From: Stellaceae bacterium
GTDB lineage: Bacteria > Pseudomonadota > Alphaproteobacteria > ATCC43930 > CGMCC-115725
Direction of reading: 5' to 3'
Assembly: GCA_036273175.1 (NCBI GenBank)
Contig: DASUIE010000154.1
Span: forward strand, 1-62,947
DNA: 62,947 nt
Within the stretch, counting starts at the first letter, position 1, and every line of letters starts with the position of its first letter. Under the pieces are notes generated by a model. It worked only from the letters and a program-made list of their open reading frames with translations, did not search any database and was not told where the DNA came from. Made by a program: the position numbers and the translations under genes. Of this stretch, positions 48,646-57,722 are shown piece by piece.

Positions 48646-49875
48646 ATGCTGCTCGCGCGCCTGCTTTCCCGTGTTATCCAGATCGGCCGGCTTGTCCTGA
48701 TCGACGCCAATGGCCGCCGCCACAGCTTCGAGGGAAGCCAGCCCGGACCGTCCGTGGCGATGCGCCTCCACGACCGATCGCTGCACTGGAAACTCGCCGC
48801 ACGCCCCTATCTCTATCTGCCCGAAGCCTACATGGAGGGGTCGCTGACGGTCGAGGAAGGCAGCATCTACGACCTTCTGGACCTTTTTGCGATCAATGCG
48901 AAATCGGCGGATGCGATTCCGATCGTGCGCTTCGCCGAGGCGGTCCAGCGCTTTATGCGCGGGCTTCACCAATACAACCCCGTGCCACGGGCGCAGCGCA
49001 ACGTCGCGCACCATTACGATTTGTCGGACGAGCTCTACGAGCTTTTCCTCGATCGCGACCGGCAATATTCCTGCGCCTATTTCCGGTCGGCGGACGACGA
49101 TATCGACACGGCGCAGCTCAATAAGCGCCGCCACATCGCCTCGAAGCTGTTGTTGCGGCCCGGGCAGAAGGTTCTCGACATCGGTTGCGGCTGGGGCGGG
49201 CTGGCGCTGTACCTCGCCTCCGAATGCGGGGTCGAGGTGACCGGCCTCACGCTATCCGAGGAACAGCTCAAGGTCGCCCAGCGCCGCGCCGCCGCGGCCG
49301 GGCTGTCCGAGCGCGTGCGCTTTCACATGCGCGACTACCGCGAGGAAACCGGGCAATACGACCGGATCGTTTCGGTCGGCATGTTCGAGCATGTCGGGGT
49401 CAATCACTATCGCGCGTTTTTCGCCAAGGTGACCGAGCTGCTCGCTCCCCGGGGGGTCATGCTGCTGCACGCGATCGGCCGGATGGATGGCCCCGCCTCG
49501 ACCAATGCGTGGCTGCGCAAATACATTTTCCCCGGAGGATACTCCCCGGCCTTGTCGGAGGTGCTGCCGATCGTCGAGCGCACGCCGCTCTGGGTCACCG
49601 ATATCGAGATCCTGCGGCTCCATTACGCCCGGACCTTGCAGGCCTGGCGCGCCCGCTTCAACGAGCACCGCGACCGCATCCGCGCGATCTACGACGACCG
49701 CTTCTGCCGGATGTGGGAAGTCTATTTGATCGGCTCCGAGCTCGCCTTCCGCCGGCACGACCACATCGTCTGGCAGATGCAGCTCGCCAAGGGCGTCGAT
49801 ACCGTGCCGATCACGCGCGACTACATGGTCGAGTGGGAACGCGAACATCGGGAACCCGACGAACGCGCCGCGTGA
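48646..49875 (+). CDS. cfa: cyclopropane-fatty-acyl-phospholipid synthase family SAM-dependent methyltransferase
   Basis: 409 aa. HYDLSDELYELFLDRDRQYSCAYF, SAM motif VLDIGCGWGGLALYLA, and SVGMFEHVG. Confidence 0.85.
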   Translation: MLLARLLSRVIQIGRLVLIDANGRRHSFEGSQPGPSVAMRLHDRSLHWKLAARPYLYLPEAYMEGSLTVEEGSIYDLLDLFAINAKSADAIPIVRFAEAVQRFMRGLHQYNPVPRAQRNVAHHYDLSDELYELFLDRDRQYSCAYFRSADDDIDTAQLNKRRHIASKLLLRPGQKVLDIGCGWGGLALYLASECGVEVTGLTLSEEQLKVAQRRAAAAGLSERVRFHMRDYREETGQYDRIVSVGMFEHVGVNHYRAFFAKVTELLAPRGVMLLHAIGRMDGPASTNAWLRKYIFPGGYSPALSEVLPIVERTPLWVTDIEILRLHYARTLQAWRARFNEHRDRIRAIYDDRFCRMWEVYLIGSELAFRRHDHIVWQMQLAKGVDTVPITRDYMVEWEREHREPDERAA

Positions 49876-49961
49876 GCCGGTGCGATGTCCCCGTATTCCA
49901 CAGGGCTGTGAATCGAATCCCGGCGTAAGGCCCTGGCTGTCGGTGGTACTCTCGCCGGCCT

Positions 49962-51449
49962 ATGGAGAGCACCACTTCCCGCGTAACGCCGCTGCGCGAG
50001 GGCGACCTGGATCGGGTCCCCATCCCGCCCGGCAATACCGAGGCCGAGCAGGCCCTTCTCGGCGCGATCCTGATCAATAATGCCGCGCACGGGCGCGTCT
50101 CCGAATTCCTGATGCCCGAGCATTTCGCCAACGGCGTGCACGGGCGCATCTACGCGGCGATCGGCAAGCTGATCGACCGCGGCCAGGTCGCGAACGCGGT
50201 CACGCTGAAAAACCTGTTCGACCAGGACGGCGCCCTGACAGAGATCGGCGGCGCGCAGTATCTCGCCCGCCTCGCCGCCTCGGCGGTGACGATCATCAAC
50301 GCCGAAAGCTATGGCCGCACGATTTACGACCTGCACCTGCGGCGCGAGTTGATCACGGTCGGGCAGGACGTCGTCAGCGACGCGTTCCGCCACGACCTCG
50401 ACGACGACGCGGTCGCGCAGATCGAGCGCGCCGAGCAGAAGCTGTTCGACCTCGCCACCACCGGCGAGGCGGAAAGCGGGCTGCGCGAGTTCAAATCGGC
50501 GCTGACCGAAGCGATCCAGAGCGCCGAAAGCGCGTTCAAGCGCGAAGGCAAGACGGTCGGCGTGGCGAGCGGGTTTATCGACCTCGACAAGAAGCTCGGC
50601 GGCCTGCACCCCTCCGACCTGATCATTCTCGCCGGCCGCCCGTCGATGGGCAAGACCGCGCTCGCCACCAACATCGCCTTCAACGCCGCCAAATCGGCGG
50701 AGCGCTCGATCGTCGCCTTCTTTTCGCTGGAGATGTCGGCCGAGCAGCTCGCCACCCGCATCCTCTCCGAGGAAAGCGGCACCTCGTCCGACCGGATCCG
50801 GCGCGGCGAGGTGCGGCGCGAGGATTTCGAGAAATTCGTGCTGGCCAGCCAGCGCCTGGCCGAGGTTCCGCTCTATATCGACGACACGCCGGCGATCAGC
50901 GTCGCCGCCCTGCGGACCCGGGCGCGGCGGCTCAAGCGCCAGCAGGGGCTGGCGATGATCGTCATCGACTACCTCCAGCTGATGCGCCCTTCCGCCGGCG
51001 GCAAGACCGTCGACAGCCGAGTCCAGGAGATTTCCGAGATCACCCGCGGGCTCAAGGCGATCGCCAAGGAGCTTGAGGTGCCGGTGCTGGCGCTGTCGCA
51101 GCTCTCGCGCCAGGTCGAGGCGCGCGAGGACAAGCGGCCGATGCTGTCGGATTTGCGCGAATCCGGCTCGATCGAGCAGGACGCCGATGTCGTCATGTTC
51201 ATCTTCCGCGAGGAGTACTACCTGTCGCGCAGCGAACCGCTGCAGCGTCCGGACGAGGACTCGACCAAGTTCAACGACCGCCACGACCGGTGGCGGCAGA
51301 GATCGGAGGAGGCGTTCGGCCTCGCCGACGTCATCATCGCCAAGCAGCGTCACGGCCCGATCGGCACGATCAAGCTGCATTTCGAGCCCGAGACGACCAA
51401 GTTCGACAATTTCATCGGCCCGGACCGGGTGCCCGAGCCGCAATACTGA
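49962..51449 (+). CDS. dnaB: replicative DNA helicase DnaB
   Basis: 495 aa. PPGNTEAEQALLGAILINN, Walker A LAGRPSMGKTA, VIDYLQLM, LSQLSRQVE, and RESGSIEQDADVV. Confidence 0.93.
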   Translation: MESTTSRVTPLREGDLDRVPIPPGNTEAEQALLGAILINNAAHGRVSEFLMPEHFANGVHGRIYAAIGKLIDRGQVANAVTLKNLFDQDGALTEIGGAQYLARLAASAVTIINAESYGRTIYDLHLRRELITVGQDVVSDAFRHDLDDDAVAQIERAEQKLFDLATTGEAESGLREFKSALTEAIQSAESAFKREGKTVGVASGFIDLDKKLGGLHPSDLIILAGRPSMGKTALATNIAFNAAKSAERSIVAFFSLEMSAEQLATRILSEESGTSSDRIRRGEVRREDFEKFVLASQRLAEVPLYIDDTPAISVAALRTRARRLKRQQGLAMIVIDYLQLMRPSAGGKTVDSRVQEISEITRGLKAIAKELEVPVLALSQLSRQVEAREDKRPMLSDLRESGSIEQDADVVMFIFREEYYLSRSEPLQRPDEDSTKFNDRHDRWRQRSEEAFGLADVIIAKQRHGPIGTIKLHFEPETTKFDNFIGPDRVPEPQY

Positions 51450-52528
51450 GACCGGCCATTCCGCTCGACCCGGCCGCCCGCGCGGGCGCAATCCTGGAGA
51501 TCGACCTCGGCGCGGTCGTCGCCAACTGGCGGGCGCTCGCCGCCCGCGCCGCGCCGGCCGCTTGTGCCGCGGTGGTCAAGGCGGACGCCTACGGGCTCGG
51601 CGCCGAGCCGGTCGCCAAGGCGCTGCGGGCGGCCGGCTGCGAGACGTTCTTCGTCGCGACCCTCGACGAAGGGATCGCGTTGCGCGCGGTGCTCGGGGGC
51701 GGCCCGGAAATCGCGGTCTTCAACGGTCCGCTGACTGGCAGCGCGGGCGAATATCCGGCGCATGGGCTGACCCCGGTGCTCAACGATCTCGGCCAGGTCC
51801 AGGCGTGGCGGCGGGCGAATGCGCCCGCGATGCTGCATGTCGATACCGGCATGTCGCGGCTCGGAATGACCGCGCGGGAGCTGGCCCTGTTCACGGACGA
51901 CCCGATCCCGCTCGTCGGGCTCGTCAGTCATCTCGCCTGCGCCGACGCGCCGGAACATCCGCTCAATGCCGTTCAGCTGGCCCGGTTCGCCGCAATCAAG
52001 GCGCAGTTCCCCCGGCTGCGCGCCAGCCTCTCGGCGTCGTCCGGCATCTTTCTCGGCCGCGACTATCGGCACGATCTGGTCCGTCCCGGCGCCGCCCTCT
52101 ACGGCGTCAACCCCTGCCCCGGCACGATCAACCCGATGCGGCAAGTTGTTACACTGAAAGGGAAAATCGTCCAAGTCCGCGAGATTGACAGGGGAGAGTC
52201 GGTTGGCTACGGTGCCGCGCACGTCATGCCCGAGCCGGGCCGGTTGGCGGTCGTCGCGGTGGGCTATGCCGATGGCTGGCTGCGCGCGATGAGCCATCGC
52301 GGCAGCGGCGCGATGGCCGGACGGCGGGTTCCTCTCGTAGGCCGGGTATCGATGGATCTCATCACATTCGATGTCTCGGCCCTCGCCCCTGGACAGGTCC
52401 GGCCCGGCGACACGATCGAGCTGCTCGGGGCCGGTTACGGCGTCGACGAGGCAGCCGCGGATGCCGGCACGATCGGCTATGAAATCCTGACCGCGCTCGG
52501 CGCGCGATATCACCGCATCTACCGATGA
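51446..52528 (+). CDS. alr: alanine racemase; the start codon is unresolved (CTG at 51446 or ATT at 51458 are candidates)
   Basis: LEIDLGAVVANWRAL..., the PLP-lysine context AAVVKADAYGLG, and C-terminal GYADGW...VPLVGRVSMDL. No ATG, GTG or TTG lies in frame at the expected position (see findings). Confidence 0.85.
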   Translation: MRPAIPLDPAARAGAILEIDLGAVVANWRALAARAAPAACAAVVKADAYGLGAEPVAKALRAAGCETFFVATLDEGIALRAVLGGGPEIAVFNGPLTGSAGEYPAHGLTPVLNDLGQVQAWRRANAPAMLHVDTGMSRLGMTARELALFTDDPIPLVGLVSHLACADAPEHPLNAVQLARFAAIKAQFPRLRASLSASSGIFLGRDYRHDLVRPGAALYGVNPCPGTINPMRQVVTLKGKIVQVREIDRGESVGYGAAHVMPEPGRLAVVAVGYADGWLRAMSHRGSGAMAGRRVPLVGRVSMDLITFDVSALAPGQVRPGDTIELLGAGYGVDEAAADAGTIGYEILTALGARYHRIYR

Positions 52529-53301
52529 TCGGTTTCCTCGCGTCGATCGGGGCGATCTTCATCGCCTTTCTCGCCGCGACCGGCCGCATCTTCCTGTTCG
52601 CCGCGCGGGCGATCGCCGCCGGCATCGCCCCGCCCTACTATCCGCGGCTGCTGTTCCGTCAGGTCCTTCACATCGGATACTACTCGCTTCCGGTCGTGGG
52701 CCTGACGGCGGTGTTCACGGGGATGGTGCTGGCGCTCCAATCCTATACCGGTTTCAGCCGCTTCAACGCGGAGAGCGCGATCGCGACGGTCGTCGTGCTG
52801 TCGGTGACGCGCGAACTGGGGCCGGTGATCGCCGGGCTGATGGTGGCCGGGCGCGTCGGCGCCGCGATGGCCGCCGAGATCGGAACCATGCGGGTCACCG
52901 ACCAGATCGACGCGCTGACGACGCTGTCGACCGACCCGCTGCGGTATCTTGTCCTGCCGCGCCTCGTCGCGGGGCTTATAACCCTTCCGGCGCTGGTCTT
53001 GGTGGCCGACATCATCGGCGTTTTCGGCGGCTATCTGGTCAGCACCTACAAGCTCGGTTTCAACATCCAAAGCTACTTGCGGAGCACCACCGATCATCTG
53101 GAGGCGATGGACGTCATCTCCGGCCTGATCAAGGCCGGCGTGTTCGGCTTCATTGTCGCCCTGATGGGCTGCTATCACGGGTATAATTCCCGGGGCGGAG
53201 CCGAGGGGGTGGGACAAGCGACGACCTATGCCGTCGTCTCCGCATCGATCCTGATTCTGGTGAGCGACTATCTTTTGACCGCTGCATTGTTCGGGAAATG
53301 A
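52525..53301 (+). CDS. mlaE: MlaE-family ABC transporter permease
   Basis: 258 aa. ...GLTAVFTGMVLALQ...RELGPVIAGLMVAGRVGAAMAAEIGTMRVTDQIDAL... is a typical MlaE/Ttg2B sequence. Confidence 0.85.
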   Translation: MIGFLASIGAIFIAFLAATGRIFLFAARAIAAGIAPPYYPRLLFRQVLHIGYYSLPVVGLTAVFTGMVLALQSYTGFSRFNAESAIATVVVLSVTRELGPVIAGLMVAGRVGAAMAAEIGTMRVTDQIDALTTLSTDPLRYLVLPRLVAGLITLPALVLVADIIGVFGGYLVSTYKLGFNIQSYLRSTTDHLEAMDVISGLIKAGVFGFIVALMGCYHGYNSRGGAEGVGQATTYAVVSASILILVSDYLLTAALFGK

Positions 53302-54077
53302 GCGGCCCGCCACCCAAGATCGCGGTGCGCGGCCTGTTCAAGGCGTTTGGCGAAAAGCGCGTGCTCGAAGGCGTCGACATCGAGTGCGCCGCCGGGGAGA
53401 GCCTCGTCGTTATCGGCGGCTCGGGGACCGGAAAATCGGTGCTGGTCAAATGCATCCTCGGCCTGCTCCAGCCCGACTCGGGATCGATCCGCATCGACGG
53501 AATGGAGACCGTCGGCATCGGACGGTCCCAGCGCGAGGCGCTGATGCGCAAGTTCGGCATGCTGTTCCAGGGCGGCGCGCTGTTCGACTCGCTGCGCGTA
53601 TGGGAGAATGTCGCCTTCAGCCTGATCCAAGGTCGCGGCATGGAGCGAGGCAAGGCGCGCGAGATCGCCTTCGAGAAACTGGCGGCGGTCGGGCTTGGCG
53701 CCGAGGTCGGTCAGCTGCGCCCGGCCGAGCTTTCGGGCGGCATGCAGAAGCGGGTCGCTCTGGCCCGCGCGATCGCCGCCCAGCCCGAAATCATCTTCTT
53801 CGACGAGCCGACGACCGGGCTCGACCCGATCATGGCCGATGTGATCAACGACCTGATCGTCAAATGCGTGCGCGAGGTCGGGGCCACGGCGGTATCGATC
53901 ACCCACGACATGGTCAGCGCCCGCAAGATCGCCGACAGCATCGCGATGCTGCACAAGGGCCGCATCGTCTGGCACGGCCCGGCCGCCGAGATCGACGGGA
54001 CCGACAACGCCTTTGTCGACCAGTTCGTGCATGGCCGCGCCGAAGGGCCGATCCAGATGGAGGTCCGTGCCGCATGA
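53298..54077 (+). CDS. mlaF: MlaF-family ABC transporter ATP-binding protein
   Basis: 259 aa. Walker A GGSGTGKSV, signature LSGGMQKRVALARA, Walker B IIFFDEPTTGLDP. Confidence 0.85.
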   Translation: MSGPPPKIAVRGLFKAFGEKRVLEGVDIECAAGESLVVIGGSGTGKSVLVKCILGLLQPDSGSIRIDGMETVGIGRSQREALMRKFGMLFQGGALFDSLRVWENVAFSLIQGRGMERGKAREIAFEKLAAVGLGAEVGQLRPAELSGGMQKRVALARAIAAQPEIIFFDEPTTGLDPIMADVINDLIVKCVREVGATAVSITHDMVSARKIADSIAMLHKGRIVWHGPAAEIDGTDNAFVDQFVHGRAEGPIQMEVRAA

Positions 54078-55477
54078 AGGGCGCCCCGCGCTATGCCTGT
54101 CAGCAATGCGGGGCGGCCTACCCGAAATGGACCGGACGGTGCGAAGCTTGCGGCGCCTGGAACAGCCTGGCCGAGGAGGCGCCGCGCTCCGGTCCGCCGA
54201 AGGGCCTGGGCGGCGGCAAAGGGCACGCGCTCGAATTCGTCGCGCTGAAAGGCGACAGCAGCGGCCCGGCGCGGCGGCGTTCCGGCATCGCCGAGTTCGA
54301 CCGCGTCTGCGGCGGGGGACTGGTGGCCGGTTCGGCCATCCTGGTCGGGGGCGATCCGGGCATCGGCAAGTCGACGCTGCTGCTGCAGGTTGCCGCGGCG
54401 CTGGCGGCCCCCGGCGCGCCAACCGCCTACATCACCGGCGAGGAGGCGGTCGACCAGATTCGCTTGCGGGCCGAGCGGCTCGGCGTCGCCGCCAGCCCGG
54501 TGCAGCTCGCGACCGCCAGCAGCGTGCGCGATATCGCCGCCTCTCTCGACGGCGCGCGGCCGCCGCATTTCGTCGTGATCGACTCGATCCAGACGATGTA
54601 CCTCGACACGCTCGACAGCGCGCCCGGAACCGTCAGCCAGGTGCGCGGCGCGGCGCAGGAGCTTATCGCGCTGGCCAAGCGGCGCGGCTTTGTGCTCGTG
54701 CTGGTCGGCCACGTGACCAAGGAGGGCCTGATCGCCGGCCCGCGCGTGCTCGAGCATATGGTCGACACGGTGCTCTACTTCGAGGGCGAGCGCGGCCACC
54801 AGTTCCGCATCCTGCGCGCGGTCAAGAACCGGTTTGGCGCCACCGACGAGATCGGCGTCTTCGAGATGGGCGACCGCGGCCTCGCCGAGGTGCCGAACCC
54901 GTCTGCCCTGTTCCTTGCCGACCGCAACGGCGACGATGGCGAAGACGGAGGCGTTGTCGCCGGGTCGGCGGTTTTCGCCGGCATCGAGGGCACGCGGCCG
55001 GTGCTTGTCGAGGTGCAGGCGCTGGTCGCGCCGTCGGTGCTGGGAACGCCGCGCCGCGCGGTCGTCGGCTGGGACGCGACGCGGCTGGCGATGGTAACGG
55101 CCGTGCTCGACGCCCGCTGCGGCCTCTCGGTCGGGGCCAACGACATCTACCTCAACATCGCCGGAGGGCTGCGCATCGTCGAACCGGCGGCCGACCTGGC
55201 CGTTGCCGCGGCGCTGGTCTCGGCGCTCACCGAGACCCCGATGCCGGCCGATACGGTCGTTTTCGGGGAGATCGGGCTATCGGGCCGGGTGCGGCCCGTC
55301 TCGCATGCGGACGCGCGACTTAAAGAGGCGGCCAAGCTCGGCTTCTCGGAGGCGTGGACCCCGCAACGGCGCGGACGTAACAGCGAGGGCCTTAGGACCA
55401 AACCGATCGGGCATTTGAGCGAGCTCGTCGCTCGGCTCGCGCCGCGCCGGCGGCGGCAAGTCGCGGTCGCCGAATGA
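54074..55477 (+). CDS. radA: DNA repair protein RadA
   Basis: Zn finger CQQCGAAYPKWTGRCEACGAWN, Walker A GGDPGIGKSTLLLQ, KNRFG, and a Lon-like C-terminal domain. Confidence 0.92.
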   Translation: MKGAPRYACQQCGAAYPKWTGRCEACGAWNSLAEEAPRSGPPKGLGGGKGHALEFVALKGDSSGPARRRSGIAEFDRVCGGGLVAGSAILVGGDPGIGKSTLLLQVAAALAAPGAPTAYITGEEAVDQIRLRAERLGVAASPVQLATASSVRDIAASLDGARPPHFVVIDSIQTMYLDTLDSAPGTVSQVRGAAQELIALAKRRGFVLVLVGHVTKEGLIAGPRVLEHMVDTVLYFEGERGHQFRILRAVKNRFGATDEIGVFEMGDRGLAEVPNPSALFLADRNGDDGEDGGVVAGSAVFAGIEGTRPVLVEVQALVAPSVLGTPRRAVVGWDATRLAMVTAVLDARCGLSVGANDIYLNIAGGLRIVEPAADLAVAAALVSALTETPMPADTVVFGEIGLSGRVRPVSHADARLKEAAKLGFSEAWTPQRRGRNSEGLRTKPIGHLSELVARLAPRRRRQVAVAE

Positions 55478-56139
55478 ATCCACTCGATATCGGGGTTATC
55501 GCGGTCATTGCGCTCTCGGCGGTCTTCGCCTTTGCCCGCGGCTTTGTCCGCGAGGCGCTGTCGATCGTCGCGTGGGTGACCGCCGGCGCGGTGACGATCT
55601 ACGCGTTCAACAGCGTCCGCGCGATTATCGACCCGATGGTGCACAACCCGCTTCTGTCGCAGCTTATCGCCGGGTTCGGGCTGTTCATCGGCTGCCTGAT
55701 CGTCATGACGATCCTGACCGGGATCGTCGCGCGCTCGGTGCGATCGAGCGCGCTCTCGCCGATCGACCGCACGCTCGGCTTCATCTTCGGCCTGGTGCGC
55801 GGCGCCTTTATCGTGTCGCTCGCCTATCTGCTGCTCGATGTCAGCCTGACGCCGAACGACCGCCCGTCCTGGATTCGCGACGCGAAGAGCGCGCCTTATC
55901 TGCAGCAGGGCGCGGAGATGCTGCGCTCGGTCCTGCCGGAATCGCTGAGGAGCAAGAGCGCGGCCGCCGCCGAGGAGACGATCCGGGCGGTCAGCCCGGC
56001 GATCGAGGCCGAGCGCGCGCGACGTGCCCTGACGCACCCGACCCCGATGCCCGCGCCCGCCCCTGCCGCCGAGACGGCGCCAACCTACAAGCCCGACGAC
56101 CGGCGCGGGCTCGACCGCCTTATCGGGACGCAGCGTTGA
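55474..56139 (+). CDS. cvpA: CvpA-family (colicin V production) membrane protein
   Basis: MNPLDIGVIAVIALSAVFAFARGFVREALSIVAWV... In the conserved position upstream of purF. Confidence 0.8.
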   Translation: MNPLDIGVIAVIALSAVFAFARGFVREALSIVAWVTAGAVTIYAFNSVRAIIDPMVHNPLLSQLIAGFGLFIGCLIVMTILTGIVARSVRSSALSPIDRTLGFIFGLVRGAFIVSLAYLLLDVSLTPNDRPSWIRDAKSAPYLQQGAEMLRSVLPESLRSKSAAAAEETIRAVSPAIEAERARRALTHPTPMPAPAPAAETAPTYKPDDRRGLDRLIGTQR

Positions 56140-56224
56140 CCCAGGCGGGACTGTGTTACACTGACATTACGGGCTCGGCCTGCCCATATCAGGTGCAGTC
56201 GGACCCAGGCCTCAAGGATCGCGG

Positions 56225-57679
56225 ATGGTAACGACCGGCCACGCCGATTCGGATCATTTTCACGACGAGTGCGGCGTCTTCGGGGTCTTCGGGCACCCCG
56301 ACGCGGCGGCGCTGACCGCCCTTGGGCTGCACGCCCTGCAGCATCGCGGGCAGGAGGCGGCGGGGATCGTCTCGTATGACGGGACGCAATTCAATCCGCA
56401 GCGCGGCCCGGGCCTCGTCGCCGACAATTTCAGCTCGAAGGAGGTCATCGAGCGGCTGCGCGGCCATGCCGCAATCGGCCATGTCCGCTATGCCACCACC
56501 GGCGAGGTGGTAACCCGCAACATCCAGCCCTTCTTCGCCGATTTCGAGTTCGGCGGGCTGGCGCTGTGCCATAACGGCAACCTGACCAACGCCTACCAGC
56601 TTCGCCGCAACCTGGTGCGGCGCGGCAGCCTTTTCCACTCGACCAGCGATACCGAGGTGATCGTTCACCTGATCGCGACGAGCCTCAAGGAAACCGTCGT
56701 CGACCGGCTGACCGACGCGCTGCGCCAGGTCGAAGGCGCCTACTCCCTCGTCGCGCTGTCGCAGGAGGCGCTGCTCGGCGTGCGCGACCCGCTCGGCGTG
56801 CGGCCGCTGGTGATCGGCAAGCTCGGCGAGACGTGGATCCTGTCGTCGGAGACCTGCGCGCTCGACATCATCGGCGCCGAGTTCGTCCGCGACGTGGAAC
56901 CGGGCGAAATCGTCATCATCGGCGCGGGCGGGCTGCGCAGCCTCAAGCCGTTCGAGCATGCATCGAAGCGCTTTTGCGTGTTCGAATACATTTACTTCGC
57001 CCGCCCGGACAGCGTCATGGAGGGCAGGAGCGTCTACGAGGCGCGCAAGCAGATCGGGCGCGAGCTGGCGCGCGAGTCGCCGGTCGATGCCGACATCGTC
57101 GTGCCGGTGCCGGATTCGGGGGTGCCGGCGGCGCTGGGATATGCGAACGAATCAGGGCTGCCGTTCGAGCTGGGGATCATCCGCAACCACTATGTCGGCC
57201 GCACCTTTATCGAGCCGACCGACCAGATCCGCCATCTCGGCGTTCGCCTCAAGCACAATGCGAACCGCAGCGATCTCCAGGGCAAGCGCGTCATCCTCGT
57301 CGACGATTCGATCGTGCGCGGGACCACCTCCACCAAGATCGTCGACATGGTCCGACGCGCCGGCGCGACCGAGGTGCATATGCGCATCTCAAGCCCGCCG
57401 ACCGTCCATTCCTGCTTCTACGGCATCGCCACGCCCGAGCGCGACCAGCTCCTTGCCTCGCGCTACGATGTCGACGCGATGGCCAGGTTCATCGGCGCCG
57501 ACAGCCTCGCCTTCGTCTCGATCGACGGCCTCTATCGCGCGATGGGCGAAGGCCGCCGTGCGGCCTCGGGACCGCGCTTCTGCGATGCCTGCTTCACCGG
57601 CGACTATCCGATCCCGCTGATCGACGCCGAAGACGGCAAGGTTTCCGTGCAATTGTCTCTGCTGGCAGAGACCGCCTGA
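56225..57679 (+). CDS. purF: amidophosphoribosyltransferase
   Basis: Propeptide followed by the CGVFGVFG nucleophile, a PRPP-binding VILVDDSIVRGTT motif, and C-terminal Cys residues for the Fe-S cluster. Confidence 0.92.
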   Translation: MVTTGHADSDHFHDECGVFGVFGHPDAAALTALGLHALQHRGQEAAGIVSYDGTQFNPQRGPGLVADNFSSKEVIERLRGHAAIGHVRYATTGEVVTRNIQPFFADFEFGGLALCHNGNLTNAYQLRRNLVRRGSLFHSTSDTEVIVHLIATSLKETVVDRLTDALRQVEGAYSLVALSQEALLGVRDPLGVRPLVIGKLGETWILSSETCALDIIGAEFVRDVEPGEIVIIGAGGLRSLKPFEHASKRFCVFEYIYFARPDSVMEGRSVYEARKQIGRELARESPVDADIVVPVPDSGVPAALGYANESGLPFELGIIRNHYVGRTFIEPTDQIRHLGVRLKHNANRSDLQGKRVILVDDSIVRGTTSTKIVDMVRRAGATEVHMRISSPPTVHSCFYGIATPERDQLLASRYDVDAMARFIGADSLAFVSIDGLYRAMGEGRRAASGPRFCDACFTGDYPIPLIDAEDGKVSVQLSLLAETA

Positions 57680-57692
57680 GCCGTGCTCTAAT

Positions 57693-57717
57693 CCTCCCAG
57701 AAAAGACGCCTGGGAGG
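57693..57717 (+). promoter_or_regulatory. hairpin whose 3' arm contains the SD of the downstream MFS gene
   Basis: CCTCCCAG (57693-57700), a 9-nt loop, then CTGGGAGG (57710-57717). The ATG is at 57723. The purF stop is at 57677-57679. Confidence 0.4.
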
Positions 57718-57722
57718 ACATT

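Noticed and set aside
49899-49910. Palindrome CACAGGGCTGTG upstream of dnaB, considered as an operator or a DnaA-box-like element.
   Set aside because: It has only 5-bp arms, no resemblance to the DnaA box consensus (TTATCCACA), and no repetition. It is indistinguishable from chance.
56157-56175. GTGTTACAC-containing segment upstream of purF, considered as a PurR-type operator.
   Set aside because: It does not match the enterobacterial PurR box, and alphaproteobacteria are not known to use that regulator. It occurs once and its arms are short.
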